Below, piece by piece: positions 17,307 through 25,592 of a DNA stretch of 38,548 nucleotides; positions within the stretch are counted from its first letter, which is position 1; each line of letters begins with the position of its first letter. The translations under genes and the position numbers were made by a program. The stretch is from IMG/VR virus record IMGVR_UViG_3300033518_000313, positions 1 to 38,548 of that record; one strand, written 5' to 3'. Source of the stretch: a virus. Its lineage: Duplodnaviria; Caudoviricetes. A model generated the notes under the pieces. It was not told the DNA's origin. It was given only the letters and a program-made list of their open reading frames with translations, and ran no database searches.

Positions 17307-17605
17307 TCATAAATTTAGGCTTGCTTGTAATTCTTCAATATCTCTTTTGACTGCGTCTTCCCAAAACTTAATTTGGTCTTCGGTGCTTTTGATTAATAGC
17401 TTTACGAAGTCATCGCCAACATGCTTCTCACTCGCTATGCCTCCAAGGCAAATTCTGTTTAAGCTAGATTCAAACTCCTTATTGCCGCCATAAGCGATAC
17501 TGATAGTGAAAAACCCATCCAATTAGTATTCCCTTTTGGAAATCTCTTTTTCAGTTCCGCTAAAACCTTTCTGTTGTTTACTAATTGTTTTGCCGTGTTT
17601 ACCAT
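17307..17605 (-). CDS. hypothetical protein with 1-nt frameshift near 17522
   Basis: ATG at 17605 (MVNTAKQLVNNRKVLAELKKRFPKGNTN) joins ORF 17307..17522 if one T is added; preceded by ACAAGGTTTA. Confidence 0.55.
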
Positions 17606-17629
17606 AATGTTTTTTATTACTAAACCTTG

Positions 17630-17908
17630 TTAATCTCCAAACACTCTTACCGCATTACTTTTTTCAGTATGATACCCCTCACCAGTTGTTTCCCTATCCA
17701 AAACTATTTTAAGGTTAAATCCGGATATTTCAATATGGTAGAGTTCAACGTATTTGCTTTCGGTTTTCGTTCCGCCCCCTTCTAAGCTATCTTTTACTAT
17801 GTAGTATGCGTAACTACCTAAAAATAGGATACAAGGCTTTATTCCTTTGGAAAGTAGGTTCTCTATCTGCTCCTCAATCGACTTCTTAATTACTTCGTAG
17901 TAGTGCAT
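17630..17908 (-). CDS. hypothetical protein
   Basis: 92-aa ORF. Confidence 0.65.
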   Translation of the reverse strand: MHYYEVIKKSIEEQIENLLSKGIKPCILFLGSYAYYIVKDSLEGGGTKTESKYVELYHIEISGFNLKIVLDRETTGEGYHTEKSNAVRVFGD

Positions 17909-17911
17909 ATC

Positions 17912-18418
17912 TTAGTTTATTTGTTTTTCTCCTGTTTCTGTTAATTCTAAATCGTATATCGTCAAGTCTTCTATTGTTCTTATCCCATGGGACAGATACC
18001 AACCCTTGACCGTATTATACCAGAAAATATGAACGGCACTATTTCTAATTGATTTAACGTCCCTTGGTAGTATATCGCCCTCATCAATAACAAAGAATCC
18101 ATCAAATAGGCATCTTTCTTTTGCTTGGCGATACTCTTCAAATTGCTCATCACCCCCTAAAACATAATCACCTTTTTCAATAGCGTAATCAATTTTATTG
18201 CCGCTTGAATCGTATGCTTGCGGTTTATTTTTCGACTCCTCTAAAACTACCCAAACACCATCTACTAATTTACAAGGCACGAACATCCAAATCTCTGGAA
18301 ATAGCTCTAAAAATTTAGCGAAATTACAACAATCGTAAAAAGAACGAGATTGTTCTGCTTGTGATTTTGGAATCTTATTTTGTTCTTTAACGAACTTTAG
18401 CATTGACATTAGTTTCAT
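17912..18418 (-). CDS. hypothetical protein (start MKLMSML at 18418)
   Basis: MKLMSM..FV..Q ... FAKFL ... MFVPC resembles a Flavobacteriales phage family (recalled, not searched). Confidence 0.65.
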   Translation of the reverse strand: MKLMSMLKFVKEQNKIPKSQAEQSRSFYDCCNFAKFLELFPEIWMFVPCKLVDGVWVVLEESKNKPQAYDSSGNKIDYAIEKGDYVLGGDEQFEEYRQAKERCLFDGFFVIDEGDILPRDVKSIRNSAVHIFWYNTVKGWYLSHGIRTIEDLTIYDLELTETGEKQIN

Positions 18419-18422
18419 AGCT

Positions 18423-19655
18423 TTATTTTTTATTTGGTCCCCTTTTGGGTAATGTTTTTGTTCCCTCTTTTTGTCTTTTGATTGCTCCCATTTTACGACC
18501 GTCATCTTTTTTCATATTAGCTTCAGCATACATTTCAACCGTATCTTCCGTTGATGAATCTAAGACCGCTATGGTAGAACTGAAATCCCTAACCTTTTGA
18601 CTCAGCCTCATAGCTAACATTTGCTTAATGGTCAACCCTGATTGTAGACTATTAACGTTGTTATTCTCATCTATCACAACCGCCTGAAGTGCTGCCTCAT
18701 CTTGTTGCTCGAAATTCTTACGTATTTTCTCAAAATCATAATTCAACTGACTTGGATAGACTAACTCTTCTCCATTATTGTTTTCTGAATAGTTACCTAA
18801 AACGTTGCTAAAATTCTTGTAGTATGAATTTGATAGCGAATGTATAAGTTTAACAGGATTAATATTCATTTTGGACGCAACTCTACCAAGGATTATTTCT
18901 TTCAAGTTTAGCGTTTTGAATACTTCTTGCATTAAGTGAATGTTGATGTTTTGTTCGTAGGTTAAATCCACCTTACCGTCAATGGTCAAACGTTCACCCT
19001 CAGACTCTTTCCTGATTTGCTCTAAGATTTGTAATAGCATACGTAAATCATCACGCTTTTCCTCATCAAGATATTTGACTTTGGACTTATTGTAAAGGTC
19101 GGACAGCTCGTCCAAACGTGACCGCTTTACACTTAGCCTTACCGTAGCAAAACTCGACTTGTATTCGGTGATTCGTCTGTTTACTTCTTCTATGTTATTT
19201 TGTTTAAACTTCTCGAGTGCTTTCCTGGTAGTGGGAATCTTCCATTCTTGATTTAGTATCCTCATTATATCCCCAATAGTGTACATCCGCCCTAATAATT
19301 CCAATACTCTACTCTTCTCTTTATCTAATCTTTGTAAGGACTCACCATACGCTGTATAACTCGCCGAACTTACTCCAAAAGCTAATTTTTGATGCCTACC
19401 AATTTGTTTTACTGTTTTTAAATGTAAAGATTTTAGTTTCTCAATTTTTTGCTTTTCAAGTTCTGGTAAATTTTCTATTGCCGTCCTCATTTGTAGAACG
19501 CTCATCTTAGCTACCACTATCTTTTGGCCGTCACTTGCTGTATATGAAGACTTTAGTATTGGATGCTTCTTTAGTTTTATAAGTATCTCGTAGTCTGGAA
19601 GACTAATTACTTCTTCTGGAATATCATCGTGGTCTTCTATAGCTTTATAGTCCAT
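18423..19655 (-). CDS. putative DNA-binding protein, candidate terminase small subunit
   Basis: 410 aa; HTH-like segment, then KRSRLDELSDLY...ILEQIRKESEG; inference only. Confidence 0.45.
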   Translation of the reverse strand: MDYKAIEDHDDIPEEVISLPDYEILIKLKKHPILKSSYTASDGQKIVVAKMSVLQMRTAIENLPELEKQKIEKLKSLHLKTVKQIGRHQKLAFGVSSASYTAYGESLQRLDKEKSRVLELLGRMYTIGDIMRILNQEWKIPTTRKALEKFKQNNIEEVNRRITEYKSSFATVRLSVKRSRLDELSDLYNKSKVKYLDEEKRDDLRMLLQILEQIRKESEGERLTIDGKVDLTYEQNINIHLMQEVFKTLNLKEIILGRVASKMNINPVKLIHSLSNSYYKNFSNVLGNYSENNNGEELVYPSQLNYDFEKIRKNFEQQDEAALQAVVIDENNNVNSLQSGLTIKQMLAMRLSQKVRDFSSTIAVLDSSTEDTVEMYAEANMKKDDGRKMGAIKRQKEGTKTLPKRGPNKK

Positions 19656-19682
19656 TATTCAGTTTTATTTTTATTATATCAA

Positions 19683-19790
19683 TTAAAATACGAATGTTTT
19701 CTCATCAAAGATTTCCTCAAATATTAATATACCAAGGAAAATTACTGATAGAGTCCATAGCGTCATTATCGTTACTCCTATCCAAAACAT
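19683..19790 (-). CDS. 35-aa membrane peptide
   Basis: MFWIGVTIMTLWTLSVIFLGILIFEEIFDEKTFVF. Confidence 0.5.
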   Translation of the reverse strand: MFWIGVTIMTLWTLSVIFLGILIFEEIFDEKTFVF

Positions 19791-20248
19791 TTTTGTTCTT
19801 TACTCATCTTTCTTGTATTTTTTTTAGTTACTTCTTCCAATCTTTTCAAATAGCTTACTCGGGCATTTACGGCATTGAAAGTCCTACTCATATGAGTAGC
19901 TATTGCTTTCCTGCATACTCCTGCGTTCTCTCTTTCCATTAGTATAGCGTCCTCGAATGAAGTCCATTTAGTTTGGTTTGTACTTCTCCTGGATTGCTTA
20001 TCTGATTCAAGTATTAGTATCATGGAAGAATTTAGGTCATGTTCTGGATTATTGCGTACCGTAATGTCTTCTTCCTTTTCTTTTTCAGAGATTAATTTGA
20101 CTTCGTGAAACTCGCTTGGAAACATTACCAAAGTTCTTTGTTCTTGAGTCATAATTACAATTTTATGATTAACGGTTTTTACTCCGTTGCAATTGTAAAG
20201 TTTTCCCTTGTATTCTATTTTCTTGAATAAGATATCATTTACTTCCAT
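19778..20248 (-). CDS. hypothetical protein with C-terminal Myb/SANT-like HTH
   Basis: KWTSFEDAIL...IATHMSRTFNAVNARVSYL. Confidence 0.65.
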   Translation of the reverse strand: MEVNDILFKKIEYKGKLYNCNGVKTVNHKIVIMTQEQRTLVMFPSEFHEVKLISEKEKEEDITVRNNPEHDLNSSMILILESDKQSRRSTNQTKWTSFEDAILMERENAGVCRKAIATHMSRTFNAVNARVSYLKRLEEVTKKNTRKMSKEQKCFG

Positions 20249-20253
20249 AGATG

Positions 20254-20724
20254 TTAGTTTAGCCCAGCAACAAATTCTACATTTTCTAAGTCCAAAGGAA
20301 TAAACCTTTCAACGCTATCATTATCGTATTGGTATCTGTATCTTTCAACGAATCCTGTATAAAACATATGCAGTTCGGAAAAGGTTAGCATATCCTCCGT
20401 TTCGATAGGTTCTCTTCCCCTTATCTTGTAGATTATATTCAAGTAGAAATTATAGTTCTCACTTATGTTTTTGAACTCTTCCCTACTTAAATCTCTTCCC
20501 ACGCTTACCATTACCATTTCGTGTAGGTCGTTATAAAACGGTTTCATTTCATCATCACCATTATAGAACAATTCATACAGCTTGGCAAGTTGAGCTTTAA
20601 TCTCTTTCTTTTCCCGCTTGTCTTGATTGTAAATGTATATTACTCTCAAAACGTTTATTATAATGTAAGCTATAACAAAGATGCCTAAAAATGTACTTAC
20701 GATTTCCCAAATTATTTTACTCAT
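20254..20724 (-). CDS. membrane-anchored hypothetical protein
   Basis: N-terminal hydrophobic helix. Confidence 0.7.
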   Translation of the reverse strand: MSKIIWEIVSTFLGIFVIAYIIINVLRVIYIYNQDKREKKEIKAQLAKLYELFYNGDDEMKPFYNDLHEMVMVSVGRDLSREEFKNISENYNFYLNIIYKIRGREPIETEDMLTFSELHMFYTGFVERYRYQYDNDSVERFIPLDLENVEFVAGLN

Positions 20725-20972
20725 GGCCTAAAATATTTTACGATTAATTCTCCATCTTTTGAGTGGAATTGTCTATCCCCCTCTTTGTTAAAGTTACTTG
20801 CAATTGTCAATCCTTTACGCTTCCCCTCGCTTGATAATAGTTGTAACTTGACTTGATTAGTCAAACACTCTATTTTTACGACCGTATATGCGGTCATTAT
20901 TCCCATTTGTAATTCAGCAATTTCTTCTTTTAATTCTATTCCTTGTAACTCGGCTTTTGTTAGTTGTTTCAT
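20721..20972 (-). CDS. hypothetical protein
   Basis: 83 aa, ATGA overlaps. Confidence 0.65.
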   Translation of the reverse strand: MKQLTKAELQGIELKEEIAELQMGIMTAYTVVKIECLTNQVKLQLLSSEGKRKGLTIASNFNKEGDRQFHSKDGELIVKYFRP

Positions 20973-21295
20973 TTTTTTAATTTTAGTATTGAATATTTAC
21001 CAATGATTATACAGTTTAGTTCTCTAAAATACTTAACGTGTCTAATGTCGCATCTATATTTGTAGTAATTGTCGTGCTTCTCTACGATTTCTATTTCCCA
21101 TAACTTTCTTAGCTCTATTATTTGCCGTAAAGTGTTAGCGTCGTAGACTAAGGTTTCCCATCTTTCCAAGACCTTTGCCCAATGCTTTCTTTTTGCCTCC
21201 TGATTTGAGACTACCTTGTTCATTGATATAAATAACAAAACAAAAATTACAAATAATATCGAAAACAATATTATGTCTTTAGTGGTTATTCCCAT
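20969..21295 (-). CDS. membrane-anchored hypothetical protein
   Basis: N-terminal hydrophobic helix IILFSILFVIFVLLFI. Confidence 0.7.
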   Translation of the reverse strand: MGITTKDIILFSILFVIFVLLFISMNKVVSNQEAKRKHWAKVLERWETLVYDANTLRQIIELRKLWEIEIVEKHDNYYKYRCDIRHVKYFRELNCIIIGKYSILKLKK

Positions 21296-21297
21296 GA

Positions 21298-21519
21298 TTA
21301 ATCTACTTTTGATTTATAAGCGCAGAACCATTCCACGCTCGGGTATTTATTTTCTAAAATCTTACGCCATTTTTTGAACCTTGGGTCTTTCATATAAAAT
21401 GTATAGTCGTTCACTAAAACTATATACTTCTCTCTGCCGTCACCTAACTTCATAACGTCAATTCCAAAACCTACTTCTGGAAATAGGTCGGCAAGTTTAA
21501 AAACTATTTTATCAATCAT
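21298..21519 (-). CDS. hypothetical protein
   Basis: 73-aa ORF. Confidence 0.65.
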   Translation of the reverse strand: MIDKIVFKLADLFPEVGFGIDVMKLGDGREKYIVLVNDYTFYMKDPRFKKWRKILENKYPSVEWFCAYKSKVD

Positions 21520-21629
21520 GGCTTATCTTTTTCAAACAGGAGGTAAACCACCATCACTATTATTATGAATGTGCCTACCAATACAACTATCTTTTCCGTT
21601 TGTTTATTTTTAATAATAAACTTTGGTAA

Positions 21630-22109
21630 TTAATTTTCCAAGAACTTTATGTATTCTTTTCTCGCTATTGTGGCAAGCTCATCGCACCGTTCATTTTGAG
21701 TATGTCCGTTATGCCCCTTAACGTGATTGAACTTTACCTTTATTCTTTTGGTAGAATTCAATAGGTCGTCTAATTTAATCCAAATTTCGGGATTCTTTAT
21801 ATTATCAAAATCAATCTCTTTCCAACGGTCAATCCTCCGTTCAGTAAATGCTTTTACCACGTATTCACTATCAGAAAATACATTTAGGAAAACGGATTCA
21901 TTCTTATGCTTTTTGAATATATACTTCAAACCGTTCAGAACTGCGAGCATCTCTGCTCTTCCGGAAGTGCTCGGGTGCTCAAATCCCACGTCTTCTTTAA
22001 TTGTCACCCCCTTATACTCTAGAACGAATGCCCAAGCGGATATTCCGTGCGAAGCATGATGAGGATTATTATTGCAGCTTCCATCGGTGTATAGTTCTAA
22101 GTTTATCAT
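21630..22109 (-). CDS. rnhA: ribonuclease HI
   Basis: YTDGSC, RAEMLA, SDSEY, HVKGHNG..NERCDELA. Confidence 0.95.
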   Translation of the reverse strand: MINLELYTDGSCNNNPHHASHGISAWAFVLEYKGVTIKEDVGFEHPSTSGRAEMLAVLNGLKYIFKKHKNESVFLNVFSDSEYVVKAFTERRIDRWKEIDFDNIKNPEIWIKLDDLLNSTKRIKVKFNHVKGHNGHTQNERCDELATIARKEYIKFLEN

Positions 22110-23596
22110 TTCACAAGCGTCTTAAGTTTATCAATAACTATTTTGAAAGCGTCTTCTTCTAAATATATCAATGATTCTTTCGCTCTTGTTACGGCAACAT
22201 AAAGTAGGTTTGATTCTTGCTCCAACTGCCAATCTGATAATGCATATTTACTCGGTATTAATTCTGGAAGTAGCAGGAAGACCCTTTTATTTTCCGTTCC
22301 CTTAGCTTTATGGACGGTTGATAGCATTACTCCCGTTCCGGTCTCTTTGAAAATAGTTTTGATTCTATTAATCAAATCTTTGGTATTTGTGAGTTGGTAA
22401 GATAGTATTTTAATGATTTCCATCTTCTGATTCATCAAGTCAATTTTCTCAGTCTTTGCCGGATTTCTAACTCCCTTTTTCTTTAGCTTGACCATCTCTT
22501 TCAATATGGTTCCTTTGTAAAGCAATATCATTTTTTCAATAGTACTGCTATTATGTTTTTCAATTAGCTTTATCAATCCTATTCCTATATCTTGCCCCTT
22601 GATGAATGACTTGACTCCACGGTGCAATAGGTACATATTCATTTGAACTAATGGCTTAACGTTTCTACAAAGTACAAAATCAGTTCCGCTTATTTCTTTG
22701 ACTAATCCGTTTCTTACTTCGCCATCAATATTCTTTTCAAATGGTAAGATTTGGGAATTTATCTTTTGAGCTTCTTTGATTATCCTTTGGCCACACCTAT
22801 AATTTACTGATAATGGTAGCTCAACTGTATTGGAAAACATTCCTTTTAGACTTGAATAGGAATTAGCGTCTGCCCCCGCAAAACCGTATATGGCTTGCTG
22901 TGGGTCACCTACTGCTATCATTCTTCCGCTTTTCCTTTTTATTCGCCTAACTATTTCCTGTTGAACTTTAGATAAATCCTGAGCCTCATCCACGAACACA
23001 AAGTCAAATTGCGGTAATTTTAAGGAATCTTTGATTGGTCGATAAAGCATATCTGTAAAATCAAATTCGGTCTTGGAATTATTCATACGCTTCAAGATTT
23101 CTATAATCATATCAGCATCATCTAATGATAATAGAAAATCATATTTCAAAGCTAAATCTACAATATCTTCTGGTAGTACTATTAAGTTCTGGCGAACTAA
23201 ATCTATCATTATCTGAAACATATACAGATATTGACCTACTACTTTTTGCTCCGTTATGTTATTCTTAGCAAGTACGACTTCTATGTGCTTGTATGATTTG
23301 CTTTTGTTTAGTTTTACTTTGAAACCGTAAACCGACATAACGGAGTGCCAACCCAATGCGTGCATAGTGGTTATCCTCGTTTTCGTTTTTGGTAGTCTAA
23401 GTTTCATCTCATCGACAATTACATTATTAAAAGCAACGTAAACCGAATCTGAAATTTTAGGAATCAACGATAGCGATTTTTCAATCGTAGTTGTTTTCCC
23501 GCTTCCAGCGACCGCACTAACTACGATGTTAGATTTGCCCGATATTATTTCTTTGAAAATTTCCTTTTGAAAAACACTAAAATTAGTTATTGCCAT
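22106..23596 (-). CDS. UvrD/Rep-family SF1 helicase
   Basis: AVAGSGKTT, VDEAQD, VGDPQQAIYGF, NYRC, STVHKAKGTE, YVAVTRAK. Confidence 0.93.
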   Translation of the reverse strand: MAITNFSVFQKEIFKEIISGKSNIVVSAVAGSGKTTTIEKSLSLIPKISDSVYVAFNNVIVDEMKLRLPKTKTRITTMHALGWHSVMSVYGFKVKLNKSKSYKHIEVVLAKNNITEQKVVGQYLYMFQIMIDLVRQNLIVLPEDIVDLALKYDFLLSLDDADMIIEILKRMNNSKTEFDFTDMLYRPIKDSLKLPQFDFVFVDEAQDLSKVQQEIVRRIKRKSGRMIAVGDPQQAIYGFAGADANSYSSLKGMFSNTVELPLSVNYRCGQRIIKEAQKINSQILPFEKNIDGEVRNGLVKEISGTDFVLCRNVKPLVQMNMYLLHRGVKSFIKGQDIGIGLIKLIEKHNSSTIEKMILLYKGTILKEMVKLKKKGVRNPAKTEKIDLMNQKMEIIKILSYQLTNTKDLINRIKTIFKETGTGVMLSTVHKAKGTENKRVFLLLPELIPSKYALSDWQLEQESNLLYVAVTRAKESLIYLEEDAFKIVIDKLKTLVK

Positions 23597-23626
23597 TTTT
23601 TATTTATAAACTTTGTTACGCATAAC

Positions 23627-23737
23627 CTAAGAGTCTCTCATTCTTTGAATAGATTCCTCGGAACGACGTCTCCCCAAATTTCCGTTTGGAAAGATAGTTT
23701 TATAAACAAATCCGTGATATTCGTCGGGAGTATTCAT
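23627..23737 (-). pseudogene. collapsed GIY-YIG/NUMOD3 homing endonuclease minigene (36 aa)
   Basis: MNTPDEYHGFVYKTIFPNG fused in frame to NLGRRRSEESIQRMRDS. Confidence 0.65.
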
Positions 23738-23742
23738 GATTA

Positions 23743-24054
23743 TTACGAGAAGAATCTCCAAATATGCTTGTCTGAAAATTTGTAGCCTATTTTTCTACCT
23801 TTTTCTATTTGTTTAGCGAACCGTTCTCCATATAAGGCTTCAGACCCCATATTATAAATTGAGTTCTCAATAAAGTGAGTTATGTCGATTCCCTTAAAAG
23901 TCAAATATGGGGATGACTGAATATTGCTGAGGTTGGGAGCCTCAAAGTTATTGGTGAAGAAATACGTTGATTTCCCATCTACTTCTATTTCCAAAATGGG
24001 GAATCCCATTCCGGTTATGAATCCAATGTCGTCTCTTTTTGCTGTAAAATTCAT
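23743..24054 (-). CDS. hypothetical protein
   Basis: 103-aa ORF. Confidence 0.65.
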   Translation of the reverse strand: MNFTAKRDDIGFITGMGFPILEIEVDGKSTYFFTNNFEAPNLSNIQSSPYLTFKGIDITHFIENSIYNMGSEALYGERFAKQIEKGRKIGYKFSDKHIWRFFS

Positions 24055-24680
24055 ATGTCGTCGTTTTCTTTAAGTGTTATTAATATCGTTTTTATTTTTT
24101 TGAAACAATTATAGTAATGTGACATTTGAAATGTTGGATTGTTCTCGTTAAACATATCCTTAGTTTCTCCGTTTAGTTTAGACCTTAAAACTATCATATC
24201 TTCGCCTGTCAGACCAAAATTATAAATATCTATTTCAAGCTCGCACTCCAAATAATCGTCTTTTTTAGAATGATAATATAAATCTTTATACACTAAATCC
24301 TTTTCAAACATCTTCTTTTCTCTTTCAAACATCCTAAAGAAATTACGGGATAAGGCTTTATTAAAATAGAAACAAAAATCATATTTTAATTTGAATTTAT
24401 CTATGCAGTTGACGCAAACTATGAATGCTTCAGATTCCATTTCTATGTGATTATTCGATATTTCTCGAACGGCACTGTTGCGGGTGTATTTTATGTAATT
24501 GTTTATGTTTTTTATTACGATGTTTTTTGACATCATAAATATTTGCAGTTTTAGCTTCTCTATCTTTCTGCTTCTGGGATTCACTTTCAATAATAGTCTT
24601 ATGACTTTTATTTTGTTTTTAATTATCTTATCGCTATATTTTAGAGGTTGGTTACCGTCATTAAAAACTGAAAACTCCAT
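24051..24680 (-). CDS. divergent sigma70/ECF-like RNA polymerase sigma factor (putative)
   Basis: Region-2-like EMESEAFIVCVNCIDKF...FCFYFNKALSRNFFR and region-4-like LTGEDMIVLRSKLNG; size typical of ECF factors. Confidence 0.5.
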   Translation of the reverse strand: MEFSVFNDGNQPLKYSDKIIKNKIKVIRLLLKVNPRSRKIEKLKLQIFMMSKNIVIKNINNYIKYTRNSAVREISNNHIEMESEAFIVCVNCIDKFKLKYDFCFYFNKALSRNFFRMFEREKKMFEKDLVYKDLYYHSKKDDYLECELEIDIYNFGLTGEDMIVLRSKLNGETKDMFNENNPTFQMSHYYNCFKKIKTILITLKENDDI

Positions 24681-24700
24681 ATGTGAAAATTTGTAGGTTG

Positions 24701-25012
24701 TTATCCTTTACTTGCTTCTTTGAATCCGTCTATTGCTTTTTGATTCATTTCATGCTTGACGTCCTTAATCTCTTTTTTGAAATGGTCTGATGACCGCTTC
24801 TTAAGCATCTTCTGTAAGGATTCCTTATTGTTACTTTTTAGAAAAGTAGGTATCCCCTCTTTGGGTATCAAGACTAAAATTACTCCCTTATCATTTAGCC
24901 TTTCTCCGTTTTTATCCACATTAATCCATTCGCCATCTCGATGTACCGTTCTATAAGAAGAAATCAAGTGTTTTTCTCCCGTTTCCGGATTGATAAAGTT
25001 TTCCGCTCCCAT
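24701..25012 (-). CDS. hypothetical protein
   Basis: 103-aa ORF. Confidence 0.7.
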   Translation of the reverse strand: MGAENFINPETGEKHLISSYRTVHRDGEWINVDKNGERLNDKGVILVLIPKEGIPTFLKSNNKESLQKMLKKRSSDHFKKEIKDVKHEMNQKAIDGFKEASKG

Positions 25013-25013
25013 A

Positions 25014-25556
25014 TTAGTTGATTTTAGATTTTAGGTAATGTAGTATGTGTAAAGCATCTGCCTCATTGTCATCATTCCCCTCATATCCCCATAACTTTCT
25101 GGCGAATTCAATCATCATATCTTTCTTAGCACTTCCGTTTCCGGTAGCAAACTTTTTGATAGAGCCTGTAGATAGCTCAATGTATTCTAGAGAAAGTTCG
25201 GCGCATAGTTTTTCAACTATACAAATCAATTTTGATGAATGAATTATTGGATTGATATTTCTTCCAGCAGGAAGTTCGTAGGCTATCACTTTAATCTTAT
25301 TCTTAGTGACGAATGCTTTTAATCTTGATTCGAAGCGCAACCATTTTAATCCTTGCGACTCTTTGTTCTTTATACTTAAATCCCAACGTTCAACTTTCGG
25401 TTCATCACCTACAAGTTGATAAGCTATCCCGCATATCGTAGCTTGGTCTATCGCTAAGATATTTGATGTAGTTGGTTTTTTCGCTGCTTTTAATTCGGTA
25501 ATGCGTTTGGTTTTCTCTTCTAACTTGATTTGAAGAGCTTTGGTTAGTTTAGCCAT
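25014..25556 (-). CDS. RuvC-like Holliday junction resolvase
   Basis: ILAIDQ, IAYE, IKKFATGNGSAKK, DDNEADA. Confidence 0.85.
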   Translation of the reverse strand: MAKLTKALQIKLEEKTKRITELKAAKKPTTSNILAIDQATICGIAYQLVGDEPKVERWDLSIKNKESQGLKWLRFESRLKAFVTKNKIKVIAYELPAGRNINPIIHSSKLICIVEKLCAELSLEYIELSTGSIKKFATGNGSAKKDMMIEFARKLWGYEGNDDNEADALHILHYLKSKIN

Positions 25557-25592
25557 TCTTAAATTTTTTTTACGGACCGTTAAAATTATAAA

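Noticed and set aside
18419-18505. N-terminal extension of ORF 17912..18505
   Set aside because: Overlaps the upstream gene by >80 nt; the ATG at 18418 fits the operon spacing.
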